A stretch of DNA of 64,000 nucleotides, from positions 55,800,001 through 55,864,000 of the forward strand of contig JANJGN010000017.1 in assembly GCA_026770705.1 (NCBI GenBank), given 5' to 3'. Origin of the DNA: Isurus oxyrinchus (Eukaryota). The notes below the pieces were generated by a model. It did no database searches and was not told the origin of the DNA. It saw nothing but the letters and a program-made list of their open reading frames with translations. The position numbers and the translations under genes are program-made. Shown here piece after piece: positions 52,825 to 64,000 of the stretch. Numbering within the stretch: position 1 is the stretch's first letter; every line of letters starts with the position of its first letter.

Positions 52825-53045
52825 ATATGGGAATGGAATCACACGTGGACCAAACCAGGTAGAGGTGCAGGTTCCCTTCCATGAAGGATTTTACAATAAT
52901 CTGGCATTTCCTGTGATCATTTTTTTCTGGTGCTTGTCCACAAATTGTCATATTTATTAAATTGAATCTGACAATTTTCTGTGGTGGGTTTTGAATTTGC
53001 CCCCTCTGGGTTGCTAGTCCAGTACCATAGCCATTACATTGCCAT
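52825..53045 (-). mobile_element. tRNA-derived SINE related to the family B head
   Basis: GTGGTGGGTTTTGAA...TTGCTAGTCCAGTACCATAGCCATTAC is homologous to 47630-47715. A shorter related head lies at ~55120-55212. Confidence 0.65.
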
Positions 53046-53618
53046 ATCTTGAAGAACATTATTGTAAAATGAGTCTGATGGTAAATCATAAAAGAACTGG
53101 TGAATTTTGCTGAATGGTTGAACATAAGCAACAATTCTTAGTACCAAATTAACAACACCATGCTATGATATCCTGAGGAGCAGGTGGAATATTAAGGTCT
53201 TAATTTGATGACTTTTCAGGTCAGCTGCGTCTTAATTCTTAAATAGAGCAAGATCTGCCACCTTACAGCATTTGTTAGACCTAACTGACCTTGAACATAG
53301 CTCTGCACTGTTGCTAGATTTTTCTCAAAGGCACAGATATTCCCTGTGACTATGAATGGTGATTACCTCCCTCCAGTCTGTTACTCCCATTGTGTTCCCC
53401 AGGCTAGGAGAAAACAGACCCTTGGCTGCCTGTTGCTGGAACAGATTATAAGCTACTTTGTAACAGAAACATAAAGGGAATTGCAACTGGTGAAATCATC
53501 TATGAAGGAAGGAAAGTGATTGCATGAAATTCTGTACATTACCAGCAGTGCAGAAGCCAGCTCATAAGTTCATAAATTTTAATACAACAATTAATCATAA
53601 GCATGCTATTTCCTGCAG

Positions 53619-53747
53619 GTCCAAGGAATGTCTTTTGTTGCTGCTGTGCTCATCCTCAATTTGGAAGAAGCAGATGCTTTTATAGCTTTTGCAAACCTAT
53701 TGAACAAACCCTGTCAGCTGGCATTTTTCCGTGTGGATCATAGCATG
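53619..53747 (+). CDS. TBC1D12: TBC1D12 coding exon with YxQGM glutamine finger
   Basis: CTGCAG| ... ATG|GTAAGG. Encodes [43 protein letters not shown]. 129 nt. Confidence 0.97.
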
Positions 53748-55432
53748 GTAAGGGCATTGCAGTGCACAGACGTCTGAAACAGATGACAGGATTACATGCT
53801 ATTTGTCTGCATGTGGAAGGACTGATGCAACATCAAATCAACTGTGGAGCTACTGACAACTGGTCTATGACACCAGAGTTGTGTTTGTTTCAGAAGTACT
53901 ATAGGAAAAATGTCTGCTTAAGCTGTAGAATCTTAATAGTTGTAACATGCACAGTTGGATCAGTTTAAAATGGCATTTTAAGCATCAGTGTCTATCCTTT
54001 TTCTTAAAGTTACAATATTCCTTATCCATTCCCATATTTCAACAAATGTCTTAAAATAGTCAAGTGTGTAAGTCCAGCAGCGGGACCAAACAACACCACA
54101 ATTGATAATTCAGAAGAATTTATTACATGTCTTACTTGTGACATAATTGTCTGTTAGAAAAACCTGCACTCATTTCTCTGCTGAGGAGCCACAAGGCGGT
54201 GTATGCATTTATTGTGCTTTTTTTCATTTGCTTCATCCCTGTGGGAGGAAGGATGCTAATCTATGACTTATTACTGCTGTTGTGATCGGAGGTGCACAGC
54301 ATGGGAAAACCCACCTGGAAGCACATATACTATATCATGAAAAAGCATGTATTGAACATGTCACCCAAATATTAATGAATTCATCATTTAAAAACTTAAT
54401 TTGCAAGCTGGATATTAAGTGGAGGGAAGGTAAATTGGATTGCAACAGGTCACAGTGATGAAAAATACTTGGGGAAAAATCCTTGAAAATTGAAAGAAAA
54501 TAGCTTCCCTAAGGCTCGGTAACAACGTATCCAACACAATGAAGTAATGGAGCATTAGAACAAAGAGGTTCCACTTCATTCTTTGTTTATCTTTAAATTT
54601 GTAGCTGTTTGCTGTGGTAAAAATGGGGATGCGATAATGACCTATGCATCCCTGGGCTAGGGGGAATCAAAATCAGGTTTTCTTCCTCTTTTTTTTCTAC
54701 TTCATGACCTCTCCTGGAAAATATGAGAGAGAACTCCAAGCGGGATCATCCCTCCCATAAGTCATCTAGTGTGACAACACACTTATTGTCTAGTAAAAAT
54801 TAAGGCACCTGTGGAAGGATACCTCAAAAAGGTGAACACCTTTGTGGGACAGGAGGAGAAAAGCTGCAGAAAAATAATCCAAGGAATACTCCAAGGAACA
54901 TTTGCAACTGAATCATATGATTGTGCACTACTTTCCCAATGTGAACTCTATTCATTTAACGAAATGAACTTCCCACAATGTGTGATTATTGTAAGTGCTC
55001 GAGTCAACTCAGTTTTACAATGAAACTGTTATCTAGCATTCTTATGTCATTGTATGTTGTTTTTGTGTACTTGTAACTCTTTCGAGTACAAACACGTTTC
55101 CATCTGTTCCTATTCAGTTGAAATTACATTGTTTCATAATTTGCCATGGTGAGATTTGAACTCTTGATCTTGGGGTTACAAGCCCAGTACCATAACCACT
55201 TGGCTATTTAGGCATTCTAGCTATAATCACCCCAGTCTTAATTGAAATTAAAAGCCAAATAAGATAAAGTTTCAAAGCTTGATTAATGTGAGCTAATGCT
55301 GAGTATTCCTTTCGAGTCAAATATTTTTTAAAAAGTTTTTTTATCATGAAAATGATAAAATTGGTTGACAGATTTTTTTTTAAATATTGTTTACTTCAAC
55401 AACTGAAATCTTAAAAAAATTCTTCTCCTCAG

Positions 55433-55542
55433 ATGCTGAAATATTTTGCATCATTTGAAGTGTTTTTTGAAGAAAATCTTCCAAAGCTCTTTGCACATTT
55501 TATGAAAAATAACTTGACTCCAGATATCTACCTTATAGACTG
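55433..55542 (+). CDS. TBC1D12: TBC1D12 coding exon
   Basis: CTCAG| ... TG|GTAAGT. Encodes [36 protein letters not shown](W). 110 nt. Confidence 0.97.
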
Positions 55543-55820
55543 GTAAGTGCATTAATCATTTGTTTGTGTTTTGAATTTCCAGTAATAATTTTGCAGTTTA
55601 AGATCACTGAGTAGTATATTTGTTTACAGATTGATGTCCAGAGTAAAGGTTTAACCTTTGAAATCGTTCCGCGAAACTAATCACCAAATTAGTATATGTT
55701 GCCTGCATGCATATATATACAATTTATAATGCATAAAACAGACTACTTCATGTAGCAATTGTTAGAATTGTGACTATAGCAGCCACTGTATTAATTTGGA
55801 TTCTACTCTTTAAATTATAG

Positions 55821-56079
55821 GATATTTACACTCTATAGTAAGTCACTGCCTCTCGACCTAGCTTGTCGAGTCTGGGATGTCTTTTGCCGGGATGGAGAAG
55901 AGTTCCTTTTTCGAACAGCATTGGGCATCCTCAAGTTGTATGAGGACATTTTAGTGCAAATGGACTTTATTCATATAGCTCAATTTCTTACCAAACTGCC
56001 TGAAGATATCACATCAGAAAAACTTTTTGCTTGCATCACTACTGTTCAGATGCACAGCAGTAACAAAAAATGGACACAG
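55821..56079 (+). CDS. TBC1D12: TBC1D12 coding exon
   Basis: TATAG| ... CAG|GTGAGG. Encodes [86 protein letters not shown]. 259 nt. Confidence 0.97.
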
Positions 56080-56319
56080 GTGAGGAAACGAATAACTAAG
56101 AGATGGAATATTAAGTTTAACACTTTTATTAGTACAGAACGCATAATTAATGTGGAAAATGTTTGATATGTGAAGGCCTTTATTTCAGCAGCAATACAGG
56201 CTTTGATGTGTCTCAACAATCAGCAGTCACTTATAACAAACTATAAGAGCAAAACTTAATTTATATATCCTCAAGAACAAGATATGCTACTAGTTTGGAA
56301 TATATACTAATGTGTTATC

Positions 56320-57100
56320 TGTTATGACACAGCAGTTGGTAAAGGCTGAGTTGTTTAAATCCCAGAAGGAAACTTGAACAAGTCATAACCTATATTTTAA
56401 ATTGGCATGTGGAGTTGAGCTTTGAATTCAGGAAGAAAGCCACCAAATCTCGAGGTTTTTTATATAAAACTAAATTAAACATTTAAATTAACAACACATT
56501 AAACACGTATGCACATTTCTACAAATTACTACCCTAAAACTTTTAAACAAATCCCCAAATTAATCACTCCTAGGTAAATCTCCAAGGCAACAATAACCCA
56601 TAGATTTAAACTGACACCAGGCAAAGCACGTTTGACCTTACGAATTTAAAATGAGGTTCCTTTGCAGACGCGGTTGTAGCCTTACAGGCTGGTTAGATCT
56701 TAAATGCCTCTGACCTACACACACAAACTCCTTTCTGTTTATACCTAGCTTTCCCTCTAAATGTAACTTTTCCGTTGTATCCTAGGCTTTTAACTTCACA
56801 TTTTCTAACTATAATCCTTTCATTCCACCAATTTTATTAGTAATATAAACACATTGTTTGGCATCTCCCAGCTAGGTGCAAGATTTTACCTATTCTTTTG
56901 AATGGTTTATTCAACAAATGCAAATTGCACTTTACCTTTTAGCTTATGTTTATCTAATTAACATCTCAAAACTACTATATACCAAAGCACCCAGACTAGC
57001 TGGCTTTAATCCAATTAAGACACACACACACACACTCTACTACAAGTCCAATTTAAAAAATAATTTCCAATATTATAGACATTAATATTTCTTCATGATA
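56320..57100 (-). mobile_element. Solo LTR family 2, copy B
   Basis: TGTTATGA...TTCATGA(T)A termini with flanks TATC/TGTC. Colinear with 21496-22299. Strand is tentative. Confidence 0.75.
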
Positions 57101-57830
57101 TGTCTAAATTGTGGATCAATTTCTGAAGTTTTGATGCTGTAGTGAAATCTACATAATATGACCTCACTTCACTTCTATGAACATTAAAAGACCGGCAATC
57201 GCTTATGCCACCATTTTCATGCTCCCTCTTAAGGTTTTTGTATCTATGTTCTCCTGGCTAGCTTCTGACATTATTTTAACTCCTTGACAAACTCTTACAT
57301 CTCTTCTATTAATTGAAGAGGATGAAATTTCATTTGTAACAAAGTAAATAAATTGCTAACACAATAGAGATACATGGGTATGATATGACAGTCATTAGAG
57401 AGATATGGTTGCAAGGTGACCAACACTGCAAACTGACTATTCGAGGGTATTTGACATTTCAAAAGGATAGGAAGAAAGGAATAAAGAGGTGGAGTAGCTC
57501 TGTTAATCAGAGACGAGATCAATACGGTAGTGGGAACTGATCTTGGTTTGGAAGATCAAGATGTAGAATTAGTTTGGGTTGGGATAAGGAATAGCAAGGG
57601 AGGAAGTCACTGGTGGGTGTAGCTTATAGAACCCCTAACCATGGTTTCACTATAGGACAGAGTATAAATCAAAAAAATAATGGGGGTTTGTAAGAAAGAT
57701 ACAGTAATAATTGTGGGTGATTTTAATATTCATATAGATAGAACAAATAAAGTTAGCAAAGGCAGCTTTGAGGATGAATTCTTGGAACGTATTTGTGACA
57801 GTTTCTTAGAACAATATTTTGTGGAACCAA

Positions 57831-60194
57831 GAGATAAAAACAAGAAAAACTGCGGATGCTGGAAATCCAAAACAAAAACAGAATTACCTGGAAAAACTCA
57901 GCAGGTCTGGCAGCATCGGCGGAGAAGAAAAGAGTTGACGTTTCGAGTCCTCATGACCCTTCGACAGAACTTGATTTCGAGTCCAAGAAAGAGTTGAAAT
58001 ATAAGCTGGTTTAAGGTGTGTGTGTGGGGGGCGGAGAGATAGAGAGAGAGGTGGTTGTGTAGACAAACAAGCAGTGATAGAAGCAGATCATCAAAAGATG
58101 TAAGCGACAATGGTACAAAAGAACACATAGCTGTTAAAGTTAAAGTTGGTGATATTATCTAAACGAATGTGCTAATTAAGAATGGATGGTAGGGCACTCA
58201 AGGTACAGCTCTAGTGGGGGTAGGGGGAGCATAAAAGATTTTAAAATATTTAAAAATAATGGAAATAGGTGGGAAAAGAAAAATCTATATAATTTATAGG
58301 GAAAAAAAGGGAAAAAGGGGGAAACAGAAAGGGGGTGGGGATGGGGGAGGGAGCTCACGACCTAAAGTTGTTGAATTCAATATTCAGACCGGAAGGCTGT
58401 AAGGTGCCTAGTCGGAAGATGAGGTGTTGTTCCTCCAGTTTGCGTTGGGCTTCACTGGAACAATGCAGCAAGCCAAGGACAGACATGTGGGCAAGAGAGC
58501 AGGGTGGAGTGTTAAAATGGCAAGCGACAGGATGCCTGTCTCTTTATGGGATATGTGGAACATTCCTTGTTGCAGTCCTACCCCGGCCCCCTTCCACAAC
58601 TTTTTCTCCGGTACATCGATGATTACTTCGGTGCCGCTTCATGCTCTCGTCGGGACTTGGAAAAATTTATTAATTTTGCTTCCAATCTCCACCCCTCCAT
58701 CATTTTCACGTGGTCCATCTCTGACACTTCCCTTCCCTTCCTTGACCTCTCTGTCTCAATCTCTGGTGATAGACTGTCCACCAATATCCATTACAAACCC
58801 ACCGACTCCCACAGCTACCTCGACTACAGCTCCTCACACCCCGCTTCCTGTAAGGACTCCATCCCATTCTCCCAGTTCCTTCGCCTTCGTCGCATCTGTT
58901 CCAATGATGCTACCTTCAAAAACGGTTCCTCTGACATGTCCTCCTTCTTCCTTAACCGAGGTTTTCCACCCACGGTCGTTGACAGGGCCCTCAACCGTGT
59001 CCGGCCCATCTCCCACGCATCCGCCCTCACGCCTTCTCCTCCCTCCCAGAAACATGATAGGGTCCCCCTTGTCCTCACTTATCACCCCACCAGCCTCCGC
59101 ATTCAAAGGATCATCCTCCGCCATTTCCGCCAACTCCAGCATGATGCCACCACCAAACACATCTTCCCTTCACCCCCCTTAACGGCATTCCGTAGGGATC
59201 GCTCCCTCCGGGACACCCTGGTCCACTCCTCCATCACCCCCTACTCCTCAACCCCCACCTATGGCACCACCCCATGCCCACGCAAAAGATGTAACACCTG
59301 CCCCTTCACTTCCTCTCTCCTCACCGTCCAAGGGCCCAAACATTCCTTTCAAGTGAAGCAGCATTTCACTTGCATTTCCCCCAACTTAGTCTACTGCATT
59401 CGTTGCTCCCAATGTGGTCTCCTCTACATTGGAGAGACCAAACGTAAACTGGGCGACCGCTTTGCAGAACACCTGCGGTCTGTCCGCAAGAATGACCCAA
59501 ACCTCCCTGTCGCTTGCCATTTTAACACTCCACCCTGCTCTCTTGCCCACATGTCTGTCCTTGGCTTGCTGCATTGTTCCAGTGAAGCCCAACGCAAACT
59601 GGAGGAACAACACCTCATCTTCCGACTAGGCACCTTACAGCCTTCCGGTCTGAATATTGAGTTCAACAACTTTAGGTCGTGAGCTCCCTCCCCCATCCCC
59701 ACCCCCTTTCTGTTTCCCCCTTTTTCCCCTTTTTTTCCCTATAAATTATATAGATTTTTCTTTTCCCACCTATTTCCATTATTTTTAAATATTTTAAAAT
59801 CTTTTATGCTCCCCCTACCCCCACTAGAGCTGTACCTTGAGTGCCCTACCATCCATTCTTAATTAGCACATTCGTTTAGATAATATCACCAACTTTAACT
59901 TTAACAGCTATGTGTTCTTTTGTACCATTGTCGCTTACATCTTTTGATGATCTGCTTCTATCACTGCTTGTTTGTCTACACAACCACCTCTCTCTCTCTC
60001 TATCTCTCCGCCCCCCACACACACACCTATCTCTCTGCCCCCCACACACACACCTTAAACCAGCTTATATTTCAACTCTTTCTTGGACTCGAAATCAAGT
60101 TCTGTCGAAGGGTCATGAGGACTCGAAACGTCAACTCTTTTCTTCTCCGCCGATGCTGCCAGACCTGCTGAGTTTTTCCAGGTAATTCTGTTTT
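57831..60194 (+). mobile_element. Penelope-like element copy 3, 5'-truncated, with a ~700 bp inverted arm
   Basis: Minus arm 57831-58531 and plus arm 58532-60194. 16-bp TSD TATTTTGTGGAACCAA at 57815-57830 and 60195-60210. Confidence 0.95.
58546..59682 (+). CDS. PLE RT C-terminal half + GIY-YIG (truncated copy)
   Basis: 378-aa ORF nearly identical to copy 2: RYIDD, CPRKRCNTC, LVYCIRCSQCGLLYIGET. Confidence 0.9.
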   Translation: MGYVEHSLLQSYPGPLPQLFLRYIDDYFGAASCSRRDLEKFINFASNLHPSIIFTWSISDTSLPFLDLSVSISGDRLSTNIHYKPTDSHSYLDYSSSHPASCKDSIPFSQFLRLRRICSNDATFKNGSSDMSSFFLNRGFPPTVVDRALNRVRPISHASALTPSPPSQKHDRVPLVLTYHPTSLRIQRIILRHFRQLQHDATTKHIFPSPPLTAFRRDRSLRDTLVHSSITPYSSTPTYGTTPCPRKRCNTCPFTSSLLTVQGPKHSFQVKQHFTCISPNLVYCIRCSQCGLLYIGETKRKLGDRFAEHLRSVRKNDPNLPVACHFNTPPCSLAHMSVLGLLHCSSEAQRKLEEQHLIFRLGTLQPSGLNIEFNNFRS

Positions 60195-60472
60195 TATTTT
60201 GTGGAACCAACCTGGGAGCAGGCTCCAATATTGCCTAGGGTAGACTCTAGCAAGGGTTAGACTTTTTTCAATAAGTTCACTGTATTGTTTCTGAGTCTGC
60301 TAAATTCAGGATTGACAGAAGGTTTTATCTTCCATTTTGAGTCTGTAAGTACACAATTACAGAAACATTAATGCACCAGTACAGTTCCATTCTTGAGTTA
60401 ATTTGAAAGTCAGACTCAGAGTTTTGGGTCATTTGTAAATAAAACCTCATTCTTTCCTTTTACAATCTGCAG

Positions 60473-60541
60473 GTGTTTGCTTCACTGATGAAGGAAAACA
60501 AGGAAACTGAGAAAAATCATTGTCCTGCCTTGAAAAGTTAA
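60473..60541 (+). CDS. TBC1D12: TBC1D12 last coding exon
   Basis: CTGCAG| then VFASLMKENKETEKNHCPALKS*. The C-terminal PALKS matches TBC1D12 (TBC1D14 ends in PSLRH). Confidence 0.95.
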   Translation: MFASLMKENKETEKNHCPALKS

Positions 60542-62310
60542 TGTTACTTTGAGGACATTTGATCTTTGTGACAGTCAGCGAGAAAGAGTTTGTTAGAATT
60601 AATGGTGTAGCAATACTTTATGGAAATTTCTTCAATGCATCTCCTTAAAGTTGATGGCTGTTGAAGTTAAGGGACTGAATATTGTTGGACTGTGAATGAC
60701 CCAAAGATCTGTGTGTGTTATCCCCATTGATGGGAAGAGTGTTATGGTGCAGTTGATCCTTCATGACCTACGTCCAACGAAATGAAGAAATGTTTACACT
60801 AGTGTCAGTATTAATGGAAAAATTGAGTTCTGTGCAAAGTAGTTCATTTATTAGTGAATGGAAAACTGATATGTAAAATTTCTGAGCACTTATCTGTACC
60901 ATGTTTCTGGTGCGCGGAGTACCTCTGAAGCCAGCTGATTCCCAGAAACTACCTAATGTGGACCAAATAGATTTTGAATTACTTTCCTCCATTATGTGTA
61001 GCGTTTTAGTGATAGTCCTATTTGGGAAATAGCTGGTTTTTACTACTTAATGTGGTCATTTTGCTTTTTAAGATTCTGAAGTAAAAGGACAAAGATGAGA
61101 GAGAGCATCAAAATCAGTACTGTTCTACTTTACAGAACCACCAGTTCTGTTAGCAGCCTTGGAAGTGCTTGGTTTTGAAATATTCCACAGCATCCTCTTT
61201 AATATTTCCAGGCATTTCCTGTTTCTTGCAAACCTGAGAATGATCTTTTATATTCAATTACTGAACTGTGGCATTTTTTATTCAACTACTGAACTGTACT
61301 ACAAATATTTTTATTGACCTTCATTTCAGTAATTTGCTGCTTTTCTGGTGCTTTCAACAATGGGGATAGCAATGTATCACTTCCAGGACTCCAGGGTGAA
61401 CTGCATACAGAATGGTAGAATGTCAAAGTTAAACTTCCAAATATTGTACTACGACAGTTAAAAGTCAGTGTCTCTCAGCTAATGAAGCCTTTGTGATTGT
61501 CCTCAGACAGGTGCTGTGGGCTTGACTTTCGTAACTGTATATGTTTTATGATGTGCAATACAGAAAACTCCAAAATGGCATAGTGCTTTGCACAAGTCTT
61601 GGAATGTAACCATGATAACATTCAATAACTTTTATTTCAAATCAGGTGATGAAAACTGATGACAGCTACAAACTGTAGCAGTGTGTACTAATACATTGCT
61701 CAGGACTGTTGTCTGCTCACAATGGAAAGATAAAGTGAGATTATTTGTCAGTAATCACAAAAGGGCAGAGGGCTAATTATCAGGCTTTTTTTTCTAACCT
61801 GACTTGTAATTTCTGCAGTGAATTTGGTGACACATTTGTGTAAATTTGAGATTTGTCTCAGTGTGCAAATTACAAAATATACTTTCTTACACTTCTGTTT
61901 CTTTTTTTATTTGAAAGGATTTGTACTTTATTTTCTTGTATTCTTAGCTAAACCAGTTCCTGTATTCCCTGTATTCAAATTATCTTATTGGAGTATAAAA
62001 ATGAATTGTGTAGGAATTTTTATCTTCTAGTTTGTTTTGAAGTCTCTACTAAAGGAATTGGCATGTTACATAAATAGTGTACTACAAATTGAGTGCAAAA
62101 TACTTTGAATTATAAGATTTTTTTTTATTTATATATCCTTTCATTTGATTGAATGAAATTCTTTACCTTGCTTTCTATTGTACAGATTTCATACTGACTA
62201 CAGATGTAATGTATATGAAAATGAATTGTAAATAGCAGGGAAACAGTCCACAGCTAATACCACTAGATACCAGTTTCATATGTAAATAAAGTATGAAGTC
62301 AAGTGCCTTC
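60542..62310 (+). other. TBC1D12 3' UTR (end approximate)
   Basis: AT-rich sequence with no recognisable repeats, from the stop codon to AATAAA at 62285, followed by a GU/U-rich tract. Confidence 0.7.
62285..62290 (+). terminator. Polyadenylation signal AATAAA
   Basis: AATAAA directly preceded by TGTA, with downstream GTGTGCTTTTTCAGTTTTACTTTTCTTT. Confidence 0.7.
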
Positions 62311-64000
62311 AAATGTGTGCTTTTTCAGTTTTACTTTTCTTTCAATTGGGTCATCTTCTTGATCTCTAAGTAGGACACTTCGCATTATATGGGTAAGTGC
62401 TCAATAGTTGATCCTGTGGGGGAACAAGCAAATAGACCCAGTTGTCATCAATGTTCCCTTTAAGGTGGGTAATTGTGTATAATCTAGAACGTAATGCACA
62501 ATGCCACAAACAACTGTGCACAACGAATGTTCCCATTAAGATACACTTGTGTGGTTGCACAGCGATGTTAAAGGGACCTCAGTGCAACAATAAGGTCACG
62601 CAAAACAAATAAATTAGAGGGAAATTTGGTTGTCATTCCCACTTAGGGGTAGTGCATTGGCATTTCTTCTTGCCTACATACTTCTCCCTGTCTATTTTAT
62701 TGTGTGGGGTTTATCTATATTTTTAGGCAAATGCTATCAAAAATCAGTAACAGTTAATAAAACTATGTTTCCTTAGTGAATTTTTTACACCTCTGTAGAG
62801 GTTTCTAGTGTACCCAACAATGTCTTTGCAGAGCTTTCTGATGTACTGAACAATGTTTTATTAAAAGCCATGTGGCACTGGACGTTTCTTCAATAGCTAC
62901 CAGCAGACTGTATTGTGGTATGGAATTTCTATTGATTTAGGTATTAGCATAACTCTTTTGTCTAATGAAAGCAGGTGCAATGAATTTTAATTATTTCTTT
63001 TTTGGAAACATGCTATTTGAGTCTTTCTGGGCACTCTAGCAGGAAGTACCAGATACATGACCATCCAGCTGTTCAGGCCACTACCAAGTAGACTTAGGGT
63101 GATCTGTCTTGGGAATTCCCCTCTGTGCAGGGAAGCCCTGAAATGAACTTCACTGAAGCACCTAATAACTCAACAAAATTCAGCAGCACATAGATATGAA
63201 TCTGCATCCTGCCACTGGCACAGCCTGCAGGGATGGGGCATCGGTTCACTGGACTGATATATGAAGTGGATCTCCCACAAAATCAAAGCTAACAGCCCAT
63301 AATGTCCTGGTTCTTGAGACCTAAACAGCATACAGCTACCTTTGACTTTTCCAGTGACCTTCCACATATGCTAGTCCTTGCTCCAGAGTATCCTTGAGTC
63401 ACGTAAATGACCTAAGTCAGGAAATCCAACCCCTCCTGGAGAGTTATATTGCAGGAAAATCTTGCCTTTAATGTGGATGAATATAGCACATGTGTAATTC
63501 TTCAGATGTCACTGAAGTCCAGATGTCCAAACTGTTAGACTTTGTTATAGATGTAAAAAAAACATTTTATACTGGGGTCCTCTGACCCAGATTCACATAT
63601 TTACAGACAGTTATAATTATTGTGATTCAGACTCTCTTTTCTGGTGCCTGGCATAAAGGATCAAGTCCACAGGTGTACACTTCATATGTCCACATGATTT
63701 TTGCGCTCAAAGTAATCTGGGCGTAATATGTTCAGGGTAATCAATGAATCCTTTATCCTGCTGATGATATATTGTTATATTATTTGTAAAGAGCTGGGAA
63801 CTAATTGTTATTTAAGTATAAATCCCAGGAGCCACATTCACTGCTGCAGTGCAATAATCTGCTGAGTGACAATGAACCAAAACTTCTGAGGAGTGGCATT
63901 CACAGTTGGATTGCCACTCACTCCTTTTTACTTACACTAGAATTCAACTTCACCTTTCTTGCCCGACCTTCTGACTCGGGCTGGGTGAGAAATATGCAGT

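Larger units (their letters stand above)
57320..60226 (+). mobile_element. CR1 endonuclease fragment (57320-57830, 60211-60226), target of PLE copy 3
   Basis: RGGVALL, GVAYRTP, IIVGDFNIH, DSFLEQYFVEP|TWEQA continuing across the insertion. Confidence 0.85.

Noticed and set aside
55921-56166. ORF running past the exon (…[10 protein letters not shown]…); similarly 38228-38524
   Set aside because: Read-through into the intron. Splice donors at 56080 and 38337 are canonical.
21496-57100. The two LTRs as ends of one 35-kb provirus
   Set aside because: Each has its own distinct flanking duplication and there is no gag/pol between them.
61251-61297. Short direct repeat TATTCAA(T/C)TACTGAACTGT in the 3' UTR
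   Set aside because: Only two copies, a simple local duplication. No array or CRISPR-like structure is present in the window.
63891-63919. Hairpin GAGTGGCA...TGCCACTC with CAGT in the loop, as an iron-responsive element
   Set aside because: No CAGUGN hexaloop with C-bulge geometry, and it lies beyond the likely poly(A) site.

Overview
Eukaryotic genomic DNA, AT-rich and repeat-dense. The repeat families suggest a cartilaginous fish (shark); this is inference. The window holds the 3' part of TBC1D12 (Rab-GAP TBC domain) on the + strand: 11 coding exons from 25721 to the stop at 60541, all with AG/GT borders and continuous phases, then a ~1.75 kb 3' UTR. The 5' exons lie upstream of the window. 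The introns contain CR1 and L2 LINEs, a second CR1/L2-group LINE ('family B') whose full-length copy has a tRNA-derived head and no ORF1, solo LTRs, a DeuSINE, a Tigger-type MITE and three young Penelope-like (Neptune-type, RT + GIY-YIG) insertions. The Penelope copies are the most informative. Each consists of two element 3' ends pointing outward between 14-16 bp target-site duplications, with one long and one short terminus. The short terminus resembles the target, allowing G:T wobble. The two arms of each copy share private variants. All six arms carry a minimal hammerhead-ribozyme fold with a non-canonical CUGUCGA core. Repeat boundaries were placed by eye and are approximate unless a TSD is quoted.
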